A stretch of DNA of 64,000 nucleotides from the NCBI GenBank assembly GCA_963828465.1, contig CAWHEU010000022.1, forward strand, positions 64,001 through 128,000. The letters run 5' to 3'. The notes under the pieces were generated by a model that worked only from the letters and a program-made list of their open reading frames with translations, did no database searches and was not told where the DNA came from. This DNA comes from an uncultured Acidobacteriota bacterium (GTDB taxonomy: Bacteria > Actinomycetota > Acidimicrobiia > Spongiisociales > ZC4RG35). The position numbers were made by a program, and so were the translations under genes. Shown one piece after another: positions 1 to 9,831 of this stretch (the stretch's first letter is position 1; each line of letters begins with the position of its first letter).

Positions 1-1126
1 AGTCCGGGAAGTGTTGGGTCTCGAGGGCAAAGCCGGCGCTCTGCCGGTACATCTTCCCGCTGGTCCCGATCAAAGTCCCGTCGAGGAAGTTGCCGGCATA
101 GAACTGGATCCCGGGCTCGGTGGTCAGCACCTTCAGCGTGCGGCCACTCTCCGGATCCGTGGCCTTGGCGGCCAGCTCGAGCCGATCGTCGGTCTTGCGG
201 TCGAGGACCCAGTTGTGGTCATAACCACGACCGATCACCAGCTGCTCGAAGGTGCCGTCATTGATCCGCTCCCCGATGGCGGTGGACTTGTTGAAGTCCA
301 TCGGCGTTCCTTCCACCGGATCGATAGGCCCGGTGGGGATCAGGGTGTCGTTGACCGGCGTGTACTCATCGGCGTTGATGAAGAGCTTGTGGTCGTAGAT
401 ATCGCCGTTGCCCTCACCCGCCAGGTTGAAATAGGCATGGTTGGTGAGGTTGACGATCGTCTCCAAACCCTCGCCCTCCTCCAGTTCTGCCCGATAATCC
501 ATCCTGATCTCGTTCTTCGGGGTGAGCAGATAGGTGACGGTGACGTGCAGGGTCCCCGGATAGTTCTCCTCGCCGTCCGGGCTCGTGTAGGTGAGCCGGA
601 GACCGACGTTCTTCCCGTCGTCGATCGGCTCGGCAGCCCAGATCCGCTTGTCGAACCCGAAGTCGCCGCCATGGAGATGGTTGGGATCGTTGTTGGTGGC
701 CAGCTGGTACGTCTCGCCGTTCAACTCGAACTGTCCCAGCGCGATCCGATTGGCGTAGCGACCGGTGATGTTCCCGAAGTAGGGGTTCTCGTTCACGTAC
801 TGGTCCAGGTTGTTGAAACCCAGGGTGACGTTGGTAAGCCGCCCCCTGCGCCCCGGGATCTCGATGGATTGGAGGATCCCCCCATAGGTGAGGATGTTCA
901 CCTTCATCCCCTTGCGGTTGGTGAGGGTCCATATCTCGACCGGGTTGCCCTGTTCCGGGTGTTCCGGGTTGGTCGAGTTGACCTCACCGAATGGCTGGCT
1001 GGTGATACTCGCTCCTTGCGTGGTGGCGGCCTGATTGGCGGCCGCGGCGGGCACAACCGCGAGGGCTGTGAGCAGGAGAACGAGAGTCGTGGCGAAGACT
1101 CTGCTTCGCTTGATTGCTCTCCGCAT
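1..1126 (-). CDS. galM: Aldose 1-epimerase (mutarotase) with N-terminal signal peptide; 3' end runs off the window
   Basis: Not in the ORF track; translated by hand from ATG 1126 (RBS AAGGAGAAGG): MRRAIKRSRVFATTLVLLLTALAVVPAAAA...PYFGNITGRYANRI...NHLHGG...GFALETQHFPD, the typical GalM motifs. Confidence 0.93.
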   Translation of the reverse strand, partial: MRRAIKRSRVFATTLVLLLTALAVVPAAAANQAATTQGASITSQPFGEVNSTNPEHPEQGNPVEIWTLTNRKGMKVNILTYGGILQSIEIPGRRGRLTNVTLGFNNLDQYVNENPYFGNITGRYANRIALGQFELNGETYQLATNNDPNHLHGGDFGFDKRIWAAEPIDDGKNVGLRLTYTSPDGEENYPGTLHVTVTYLLTPKNEIRMDYRAELEEGEGLETIVNLTNHAYFNLAGEGNGDIYDHKLFINADEYTPVNDTLIPTGPIDPVEGTPMDFNKSTAIGERINDGTFEQLVIGRGYDHNWVLDRKTDDRLELAAKATDPESGRTLKVLTTEPGIQFYAGNFLDGTLIGTSGKMYRQSAGFALETQHFPD

Positions 1127-1204
1127 GACCTTCTCCTTTGGTCGCGGATGAGCAACCCTAGGTCTGAATTGCTAAAGCCGCAAGCGTGTGCCTGCATACG
1201 TAAT

Positions 1205-4200
1205 TCAGGATGTTGTCGCCAGTACCTCCCGCGCCGCGACCAGGTCGTGTTCCTCGAGGCCTTCGGTGAATGTGGCGTAGAGCGATGCCAGCTCCTCGCT
1301 GCCGTCGGGGGTCTTGCCCATCTCCCGATGGAGGTCGACCAGCCGGGTCAGTGCCTGCAACTCGACGAGGTGGAACCCTCCCGCCCCTCCTCCTAGAGCC
1401 GCGATCAGATAGGCCTGTTCGGCGGCCTCCAGATCGGGGTCGGGGAATGTCCTCAGAATGTCACCTCTGACGATGAGGAACTCAGGATTGGTCAAGACGT
1501 CGGGCCCGCCGGTCGTGACGGCCTCATCGATCAGCTCCAGGGCTCGCTCGGAAAGACCCGCGATGTTGTGCACCAAAGCTCGCAGACGGAGCAGATCGGG
1601 CCAGAACACCGGGGGCGCGGTCAGCCCGTGGTACAGCTCGATTCCCTTCTCGGTCATTGTGAGACCGGTCTCGGGGTCCCCCAGATAGGACGTCGCCACC
1701 CCATCGCAGACGGTGGAGAGGGTTCGCCATACCGGATAGTCGTTCTGCTCGGATACCACGTCCAGCTCCCTGGCCCGATCCCGCGCCTCCTCGTACCGCC
1801 CGCGATAGAGGGCGAGAAGACCGTTGTGATGGAGTCCATAGGCGATGCTGTAGGGGTGGCCGATCTGCCGTGCCACATCGAGGGCGTCCTCGACGCGGTC
1901 TACGGCCTGCTCCAACTTCCCGCACTGCCAGAGGAGGATTCCCGAGGCGGTTCGGGCCACCACACCGGTGTTGGGGCCGAGCCGAAATCGGCCAGAGTCA
2001 TGGACCTGAGGGTCGTGAAGCTCGATAGCCCGGTCGAGGCTGGGGAGCCCCACCTCGAGGTTCCCGGTGAAGGCGGTTGCGGCCCCGTAGACATAGTGGC
2101 CCTCGATCAGCATCGAGTCGTCGCCGGCCTGCTCACCGAGCTCGAGCAGCTGCTGGCCGAGTTCGGCGACCGCGGCGAATTGAGCGATACCCATGTAGTA
2201 GGTAGCCAGGGCACGGAGCACCGGAAACCGTTGGGTCGGAGTCCCGACCGTCTCCGAGGCCTCCATGGCTTTCTTGTACGCCGCCTCGGTTTCTGGTCCG
2301 TAGCCGCGGACGGCCATCATCGCCCGCGCCAGACTCATCCGGAGTGCCAGCTGCTCGGCGGCGACCTTCGGTGACGGCTCGACCCCATCCAGCATTTCGA
2401 TCCCGTCGTTGGCCAATTCGATTGCGGCCCGGTACCAACCCCTCGACTCGTGGAGAGCCCACATCCCCTCGATCATCCCGAATATCTGCTCGACTCCGCC
2501 TTGGGCGATCCAGTAGTCCCAGGCGGTCCTCAGGTTGCCCAACTCCCGCTCCAGATCGTCCAGCGCTGCCTGCCGGTCCGCAGCGTGCAGGCGCCCGCCT
2601 ATGCCGTCGACCAACCTGCAGAAATAGTCGGCGTGGGAGTGCCGGCCCGCCGCTTCCCGGTCCGGCGACTCGGCCAGCTTCGACTCGGCGAATTCCTTGA
2701 TCATGAGCAGCATCGAGAACCGCTGGGTCAGCCCCGTGTCTGCACGTCGCACAAGGCTCTTGTCCACCAGCGAGCCGAGAGTGTCGAGGGCGTCGACCCC
2801 ACCGAGGACTTCGGCGGCCACGGCCTCTAGCGCGCGAAGGTCGGTGGCGGAGAACACCGACAGCAGTTCGAAAACTTCACGCTCGTTCTGGTCGAGTAGC
2901 TCGTAGCTCCATCCGATCGCCCCCCAAAGGGTGCGTTGACGATCGGGCAAGTCTCGGCCACCCGCACCGAGGACGTCGAGCCGCTCCCGGAGCCGTTCCA
3001 ACAGATCCGACGGGGTGAACACGTTGAGCCGAGCCGCGGCTAGCTCGATTGCGAGCGGGAGCCCGTCGAGTCGGAGACAGATCTCGGCGATCGTGGAAGC
3101 GTTGTCATCCGTCACCGTGAACTCGGGGCGCACTGCCCGGGCTCGGTCGGCAAACAGAGCCACCGCCTCCGACTCGGCGATGACGGAGGCCTCGTCGTCA
3201 GGATGAGGGAGGCCGAGCGGGGGCACCGGGAACACCTTCTCCGCCCGGACCCGAAGTGTCTCCCGGCTGGTAACGAGGACCTTGATCCCTGGTGCGTGTT
3301 GGAGGAGCTCAGACAGCCCCACGGCGGCGGGTGCCACCTGTTCGAAGTTGTCGAGGACGAGGAGCATCCGGGAATCGCGCAGTCGGGTCTTCAGCACTTC
3401 GAGAGCATCGCTACCGCCCGACACAGGGATGGCGAGCGTCGCTGCGACCGCATCGAACACGTTGTCCGGTTCTCGTTCGGAGGAGAGATCGACGAAGAAG
3501 ACACCGTCCAGGTAGTGGTCCAACTCATCGGCGGCGACCTGGAGACCGATCCGTGTCTTGCCCGCACCGCCTGGGCCGGTGATAGTGAGCAGCCTTGTGG
3601 TCGGGGATTCCAGCATGAGGTGGATGGCCGCCAGCTCGTCCTCACGACCCAGGAACTCGGTGGCCTGCTGGGGGAGGTTGTTCGGTCTTCCGTCCAGGGT
3701 CCGTGGCGCCGGGAATTCGGAACGGAGGGCGTCGTGGATCACCTGATAGAGATGCTCGGGCTCGGTGAGGTCCTTGAGCCGGTGGATCCCGAGATCTCGC
3801 AGCTCTACACCTGGCGGCAGATATCCGGACGCGGAAGACGTGCCAGAAACCAAGCACTTGGCCTCCGTGCCCGGCGGCCATGATCCGGGCGGCGCGGTTC
3901 ATCGCCGGCCCGAAGTAGTCGCCCTCACGGCTCTCGGTGTCTCCGCTGTGGATCCCCATTCGGACCCGGAGAGGGCCCGTCGGTCCCCACTGCTCCTCAT
4001 CCAGTGAGCGTTGGCTGTCGACGGCTGCGGAGACGCCATCCGAGACCGAGTCGAACATGGCGATCATTCCATCACCCGTGGTCTTCAACACCGAGCCCCC
4101 GGCTTGGGCTATCGCCTGGTTGAGTATCTGGTCGTGACGAGCGAGTGCGGCTGCCATCTCGTCGCCGTGTTCCTCCCAGAGACGTGTGCTTCCTTCGATG

Positions 4201-4223
4201 TCGGTGAAGAGGAACGTCTGCAT
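1205..4223 (-). CDS. Class III adenylate/guanylate cyclase + NB-ARC/STAND ATPase + TPR protein, split by a frameshift near 3852
   Basis: TFLFTDIEGST, GDG, DYFGPAMNRAAR in ORF 3642-4541; continues in ORF 1205-3853 with GPGGAGKT, LLVLDNFE, LDGLPLAIELAA and helical repeats; junction GGQVL/VSGT has one extra base. Confidence 0.88.
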
Positions 4224-4263
4224 CGACGGGGGAATATACGAAATGGCGGGCCACCGCCGCGTC

Positions 4264-5133
4264 TCAGCTGTCGTCGAGCACTTTTCGCAAGGCGCCGGCG
4301 AAAGCCTCTGGGTCGCCCGTCTGGCCATATTCGCCGCCCAGGAAGCCTCCATGGTCACTGGGGAACGTGGTGACTTTCGTCCCGAGGTGTTCGGCCGCTG
4401 CCTCCGCTCCGCGATGGGCCAGTTCGCCATCCGATTCGACGCCGGCGGCGAGGATGATGCGCGTGGAAGCGGCTCCCAGCGCATCGAAGTCGGGTTGGTA
4501 GTGGGTGTTCGTGATGAGGTTCTGCCCGAGCAGCACGTCATCCCGGGAGCCGTCGTCTCCCGTCGGCAGTCCGAACATTGCCGGATCCGGTGCGGGCTGC
4601 TCGGAGAAGTCAGCGGGGACGGGTCCCTTGTGCATCACGATGGCGATGAACTTCGCCATCCCCGGCCCGAGCCCGTCCCGCTGGTAGGTCTCATCGATGT
4701 CCCGGATTGCGGCAAGCGCCTCTTCACGATCAGGGAGCAGTTGCGCCAGTGGCGGCTCGTGGGCAACGAGGGTTCGCACCTGCTCAGGGTGTTGGGCAAC
4801 GAGGGCCAGCGCGTTGATGGCACCACCACTACTGGCGAATAGGTCGACTGGACCGGCGTCGAGCGAGGCAATGAGCCGGTGCAGGTCGTCGGCGTGGACA
4901 TCCGGCGTCGACTGGGTGGCGTCGTCGGTCAGTCTGCTGCGCTCGGCACCGCGGGGGTCGTAGGTCACGACGGTGCGGTCGGTGAAGTAACCCGAAAGGG
5001 TGTCGAATCCAGCCGCACCCATCGGTGATGCGATCATGAGCAACACCGGCTCGGTGCTCGAGTCGTTGCTCCGGACGTCGAAAGTCAGCACGGCGCCCGG
5101 CACCTCGAGCGTGTCCGTTTTGGGCTCGGTCAT
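4264..5133 (-). CDS. Alpha/beta hydrolase
   Basis: YDPRG, ASSGG nucleophile elbow, HEPP, C-terminal DHGGF; RBS GAAGGAGA before ATG 5133. Confidence 0.85.
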   Translation of the reverse strand: MTEPKTDTLEVPGAVLTFDVRSNDSSTEPVLLMIASPMGAAGFDTLSGYFTDRTVVTYDPRGAERSRLTDDATQSTPDVHADDLHRLIASLDAGPVDLFASSGGAINALALVAQHPEQVRTLVAHEPPLAQLLPDREEALAAIRDIDETYQRDGLGPGMAKFIAIVMHKGPVPADFSEQPAPDPAMFGLPTGDDGSRDDVLLGQNLITNTHYQPDFDALGAASTRIILAAGVESDGELAHRGAEAAAEHLGTKVTTFPSDHGGFLGGEYGQTGDPEAFAGALRKVLDDS

Positions 5134-5227
5134 GATCTCTCCTTCGGCTCTTGGCACTCTGACTTACCGACTCCCCGGGAGGACCAAACTCATCGGTGGG
5201 CAGTGGTTGGCGGCGTAGCCTCCGATC

Positions 5228-6034
5228 ATGGACGTTGCACACAAAGTTGTTGTAGTGACCGGTGGCGGGAATGGGATCGGGCAGCAGGTCGTCCTCGAGC
5301 TGCTTCGACGCGGGGCCCGGGTCGCGGCCGTTGATATCCGTGAGGAAAGCCTGAACGAGACGACGAAGCTGGCCGGGGCCGCTGACCGACTGGCCACGTT
5401 CGCGGTGGACATCACCGACCGGGCCGCCACCGAGGCTCTGCCGGAGAAAGTGGTCGCCGCCCACGGGGCGGTAGACGGACTGATCAACGTTGCCGGGATC
5501 ATCCAGCCGTTCGTGAAGCTCAACGAGCTCGAATACGAAGTCATCGAGCGGGTCATCAACGTCAACCTCTACGGGACGATCCACATGGTCAAGGCCTTCC
5601 TCCCCCATCTGTTGGAACGCCCGGTTGCCCACATCGCCAACGTTTCCAGCATGGGAGGATTTCTCCCCGTCCCGGGACAGACGATCTACGGGGCGTCCAA
5701 GGCAGCGGTCAAGCTGATGACCGAGGGCCTCTATGCCGAACTCCTCGACACCAACGTTGGCGTGTCGGTGGTCTTCCCCGGCGCGGTCGCCACCGAGATC
5801 ACCTCCAACTCGGGGGTGGACATGCCCATGGAGATCCCGAACGAAGAAGAGATGCGGGCCCGCACCACGTCGCCCGAAGACGCGGCCACGATCATCCTCG
5901 ATGGCATCTCGGAGGACCAACTCCAGATCTTCGTCGGCCGTGACTCCAGGATGATGAACGTGTTCAACCGGGTTTCGCCCAAGCGGTCGACCCATCTGAT
6001 CTACAAGCAGATGAAGAGCTTGCTCTCCTCCTGA
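5228..6034 (+). CDS. SDR family oxidoreductase
   Basis: TGGGNGIG, INVAG, YGASK motifs. Confidence 0.93.
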   Translation: MDVAHKVVVVTGGGNGIGQQVVLELLRRGARVAAVDIREESLNETTKLAGAADRLATFAVDITDRAATEALPEKVVAAHGAVDGLINVAGIIQPFVKLNELEYEVIERVINVNLYGTIHMVKAFLPHLLERPVAHIANVSSMGGFLPVPGQTIYGASKAAVKLMTEGLYAELLDTNVGVSVVFPGAVATEITSNSGVDMPMEIPNEEEMRARTTSPEDAATIILDGISEDQLQIFVGRDSRMMNVFNRVSPKRSTHLIYKQMKSLLSS

Positions 6035-6039
6035 GCGCC

Positions 6040-6705
6040 ATGAACATCGTCGATCTGACCGTCCCGATCGGGAGGGACACCTACAGCCCGCCGTCGGTGA
6101 ACCAGCCGATCCGGATCGAGGAGTACCACAAGGAGCCCGGGTTCTGGATGGTCTCCGAGATCACGATGATGCTCCATGCCGGCTCGCATGTGGACTTCAC
6201 CAAGCACTACACCGCCGACGGGGAGACGGCGGAACAAGTGCTCCTCGACCGCACCTGTGGCGAGGCGGTGCTGATCGACCTCACCTCGATCGAGCCGGAC
6301 CATGACATCACCCCCGAGGATCTGGCCTCCGCCGCTCCGGAGATCCGACCCGGGGACATCGTGCTGGTCAGGACCGGATGGTCGGATGAGGCGTGGGGCG
6401 ATTTCCCCCGCTACTACGTGGGATCACCGGCCTGCACTCCGGAAGCGGCACGGTGGCTTGTGAGCAGCCGAGCTAAGGCGATTGGATTCGACTGTTTCCC
6501 GGAGCGGGCGGCGAAGAAGCAGAACTACCTGCCCAGCGAGTTCGTCGTTCACGAGATCGTCGGCGACTCGGGGGCGATCCTCATGCAGACGCTCACCAAC
6601 CTCGGGTCATTGCCTGCCGATCGGCGGTTCATGTTCTACGCCGCGTTCCTCAAGGTCAGCGGTGGGGAAGGCGCCCCGGCCCGTTTCTTCGCCGTCCTCG
6701 ACTGA
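6040..6705 (+). CDS. Cyclase family (kynurenine formamidase-like) metal hydrolase
   Basis: IVDLT, HAGSHVD, GDIVLVRTGW, GAPARFFA. Confidence 0.88.
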   Translation: MNIVDLTVPIGRDTYSPPSVNQPIRIEEYHKEPGFWMVSEITMMLHAGSHVDFTKHYTADGETAEQVLLDRTCGEAVLIDLTSIEPDHDITPEDLASAAPEIRPGDIVLVRTGWSDEAWGDFPRYYVGSPACTPEAARWLVSSRAKAIGFDCFPERAAKKQNYLPSEFVVHEIVGDSGAILMQTLTNLGSLPADRRFMFYAAFLKVSGGEGAPARFFAVLD

Positions 6706-6744
6706 AGTCGGTGACGGCACCCACGCCGACCGCCGACCCCTCGG

Positions 6745-7341
6745 CTAGACGGGGGCTGGCACCGGCTCGGGCATCAGCTCGAGCAAGTGGGTGTTCAACT
6801 GATAGAACAGGGAGGTCGGCAGCGAGCCCTCGCCGAGACGCCGGTTGATCTCCTTGAGCAACCTCAGCCACCGGGCGAAAACGTCCGCGGGCGGCACCGC
6901 ATCCGCGGCTAGATCCCGGGCGAAATCGGATATCCGACGTCGAAGATCCTCGAGCTCTGGGTCGCTCGGCTGAGCAAAAGCGGTTGGACGGAGCGACGTG
7001 CTCGTCTGGCCCACACCGGCGGTGACCGGGCGAACTGGTGAGGCTTCGATGCCCAGCGCGGCGGCGAAGGCCTTCGAGTCGGTCACGTTGAGCACCATCT
7101 CCTCGCCGTCGACCCTGATGTGAAAACCATCTGCTTGGACGACGATGTCCAGTTGCTCGAGTGGCCAGTTCGCGACGGTTCGCTCACCGGCGGTCAAGGT
7201 CATCCGCTCGTTGAGAATGTCGACCTCCACACCGAGCGGAAGACGGGTATGGCCCGGCAGGCGGAGCCTGGCGTTGAACGACGACAATTCATCCCTCCAC
7301 ATCGTCTCGGAGGGGCGGAGGCCCCAATCAGCTTGCCTCAC
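6745..7341 (-). CDS. Hypothetical protein
   Basis: 198 aa ORF filling the gap between neighbours, protein-like composition; start uncertain. Confidence 0.6.
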   Translation of the reverse strand: MRQADWGLRPSETMWRDELSSFNARLRLPGHTRLPLGVEVDILNERMTLTAGERTVANWPLEQLDIVVQADGFHIRVDGEEMVLNVTDSKAFAAALGIEASPVRPVTAGVGQTSTSLRPTAFAQPSDPELEDLRRRISDFARDLAADAVPPADVFARWLRLLKEINRRLGEGSLPTSLFYQLNTHLLELMPEPVPAPV

Positions 7342-7437
7342 GTAATCGCCCGGAGCGGGTGGATGGATACTCTTCGCAGCGAATTCCTAAGGATTTTGGC
7401 CCCAAGAGGCCATCAGACCGTCGAATACACTCGTCGG

Positions 7438-8400
7438 GTGATGCCGCCCACTCGATCGCCGGAGATCGAGTCCGTGACGCGCAGGGTGCTGCTCGCCTTC
7501 GAGACGGGCGACATGGCTGCCATGGCCAACCTGGTTTCAGCGGATCCCAGTCTGCGTGTTCTCGGATTCGCAGTCGACGAATGGTGGGCCGGTCCAGAGG
7601 AGTTCCTCACCATCCGGGAAACGCAGATCGCTGAGATCCCCGCCCTTCACATCCAGATCGAACGGGTCGATGCCTTCGAAGATGGTGCCTTCGGGTGGGC
7701 GGCGATCGCCACGACGGTGATCACACCCGAGTTGAAGACACCTATGAAGCACGCCGCCGTGCTGAGACTCGAGGCCGGGGCGTGGAAGGTGATCCTCTGG
7801 ACCAACTCGGTTCCGGTGCCAAACATCCAGATCTTTGGCGTTGAGTTGACCACCACCCTCGACGACCTGGTCACCTCGGTTCTGGACGAGCACAGCCGGT
7901 CCTCCACGGCTCTCGAGGGCACCATGACCCTGGTGTTCACCGACATCGTCGACTCGACGAGCCTCGCCGAGACCCTCGGAGATACCGCCTGGGCCGAGCT
8001 GATCAGCCGGCACGAATCCACTATCAGGCAGGTGACCGCATCACAGGGCGGGACGGTGGTCAAGCTGCTCGGTGACGGCTCGATGCTTGCCTTCGAGTCG
8101 GCCCGCGCCGCAGTACGTGCGGCAGTGGACATTCAGCGGGCCTCGGCTAGTGGCCCGTTCGGGGTCCGAATCGGTGTCCACACCGGAGAGGTGATCCGCA
8201 CCGCCGACGATCTACTGGGTCTGACGGTCAACAAAGCGGCCCGGGTTGCTGCTGCCGCCGATTCCGGGAGCATCATGCTCTCCTCGACAACCAGGGACCT
8301 GGTCGGCTCACTGGAAGGGATCAGAATGGGCGAGCCGAGGATCGTGGCGCTGAAAGGTCTCTCGGACACCCACCAAATCGTCCCCATCGGGTGGGAATGA
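7438..8400 (+). CDS. SnoaL/NTF2-like domain + class III adenylate cyclase
   Basis: N-terminal NTF2-like segment; VFTDIVDST, VKLLGDG, DLLGLTVNKAARV; TACACT 6 nt before GTG 7438. Confidence 0.88.
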   Translation: MMPPTRSPEIESVTRRVLLAFETGDMAAMANLVSADPSLRVLGFAVDEWWAGPEEFLTIRETQIAEIPALHIQIERVDAFEDGAFGWAAIATTVITPELKTPMKHAAVLRLEAGAWKVILWTNSVPVPNIQIFGVELTTTLDDLVTSVLDEHSRSSTALEGTMTLVFTDIVDSTSLAETLGDTAWAELISRHESTIRQVTASQGGTVVKLLGDGSMLAFESARAAVRAAVDIQRASASGPFGVRIGVHTGEVIRTADDLLGLTVNKAARVAAAADSGSIMLSSTTRDLVGSLEGIRMGEPRIVALKGLSDTHQIVPIGWE

Positions 8401-9809
8401 CGGCCGGCGATCTTCTCGAACCCGACGTCGACCCGCTGACCGCACCGGTCGGGACCGAGTTCGTAATCCAGCAGCATCATGCCACCCGCCTCCATCACGA
8501 TGTCCGATTGGAGATGATGAGCGGTGACGGCCCGGTCCTGGTCTCGTGGGCCGTTCCAAAGGGTCTGCCCCGACGCCGGGGTGACCGTCATCTCGCCATC
8601 CGCACTCCGGACCATGAGATGGAATGGGGCAGCTTCTCCGGGTCGATCGGGGAGGGGGAGTACGGGGGTGGGGATGTGCGAATCTTCGACCACGGCGAGT
8701 ACGAGCTCGTTGGCCGGACCGAGGACCGTCTCACCTTCCAGCTGAAAGGCGAGCGGCTCGCCGGTGTCTGGCATTTGGTGCACACCGGGCCTAAGGATGG
8801 AAAGGATCAGTGGCTGGCGTTGATGTCCAAGGACCTGCGACCGAAAGAGGAAGGACGACCGCCGGCGAAGCCCATGCTCGCCACTCTCACGGCTGAGGCT
8901 TTCGACGACGCGCAGTGGGGCTTCGAGCCGAAGTGGGACGGGATTCGTGCCATCGCCATGTGTGACGAGGAGACCCATCTCGTCACCCGCAATGACAAGG
9001 ACGTCACGATTGCCTACCCGGAACTACGCCGATTGCACGAGCAGACGGTCGCCCTCGAGGCGATGCTCGACGGAGAGATCGTCGCCTTCGACCACGGGGT
9101 GCCGTCGTTCCAGCGCCTCCAACAGCGGATGCATCTGAGGGACGAGCGGAAGATAGAGGAGATGGCCCGCCAGATACCAGTGGTCTACATCGTCTTCGAC
9201 CTCCTCTACGTCGACGGTGAGGACCTGACTGACCAGCCGCTGGAGGAGCGTCGCCGGATACTCGACGAATCGATCGTCCCCTCCGAGCAGATCCAGGTGT
9301 CACCGGTCACTCAGGGGAACGGAAAGGCGCTCTACAAAGCGGCGGAGAAGCAGGGCCTGGAGGGGATCATGGCCAAACGCTTTTCCTCGGTCTATCAGCC
9401 GGGGGAGCGATCCAAGGATTGGCTCAAGGTGAAGGTCACCTTCGACGCCGACGTGGTGATCGTGGGATGGACCGAAGGGGAGGGGAGCCGCGTCGGAAGT
9501 CTTGGTTCGCTGATGATGGCGGTGTACGACGACGGTGTGTTGCGTTACGTGGGCAATGTCGGGACCGGGTTCAAGACTCGTTCCCTCCCGGACATCTTCG
9601 ATCAGCTCAAAGCGCTCACGGAGACAAAGCCACCGTTTCCCTCCCGTCCCGAGCTGCGCCGTGCCCATTGGGTCAAGCCTTCGCTGGTGGCCGTGGTCGA
9701 GCATCGTGGTGTGACGTCGGCGGGGCGTCTCAGGTCGCCGTCGTTCCAGAGGTTCCGCGACGACAAGAAACCCAAGGAGTGCACCTTCGACTTGTTGTCG
9801 CCCGGCTGA
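8397..9809 (+). CDS. ligD: NHEJ LigD, phosphoesterase + ATP-dependent ligase domains (no polymerase domain)
   Basis: HHATRLHHDVRLE and SWAVPKG (PE domain); FEPKWDGIR, LDGEIV, EGIMAK, WLKVK (ligase); ATGA overlap with the upstream cyclase. Confidence 0.92.
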   Translation: MTAGDLLEPDVDPLTAPVGTEFVIQQHHATRLHHDVRLEMMSGDGPVLVSWAVPKGLPRRRGDRHLAIRTPDHEMEWGSFSGSIGEGEYGGGDVRIFDHGEYELVGRTEDRLTFQLKGERLAGVWHLVHTGPKDGKDQWLALMSKDLRPKEEGRPPAKPMLATLTAEAFDDAQWGFEPKWDGIRAIAMCDEETHLVTRNDKDVTIAYPELRRLHEQTVALEAMLDGEIVAFDHGVPSFQRLQQRMHLRDERKIEEMARQIPVVYIVFDLLYVDGEDLTDQPLEERRRILDESIVPSEQIQVSPVTQGNGKALYKAAEKQGLEGIMAKRFSSVYQPGERSKDWLKVKVTFDADVVIVGWTEGEGSRVGSLGSLMMAVYDDGVLRYVGNVGTGFKTRSLPDIFDQLKALTETKPPFPSRPELRRAHWVKPSLVAVVEHRGVTSAGRLRSPSFQRFRDDKKPKECTFDLLSPG

Positions 9810-9831
9810 TCACTACTGGCATACTCGGGCG

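Noticed and set aside
11-1396. 461-aa plus-strand ORF
   Set aside because: Antisense shadow of galM and the cyclase 3' end; the real gene is on the minus strand.
1205-4223. Avs-type antiviral STAND system
   Set aside because: Architecture matches common actinobacterial cyclase-NB-ARC-TPR signalling proteins; no toxic effector domain seen.
6040-6705. Counting the 'cyclase family' protein as a nucleotide cyclase
   Set aside because: It is a kynurenine formamidase-like metal hydrolase, unrelated to class III cyclases.
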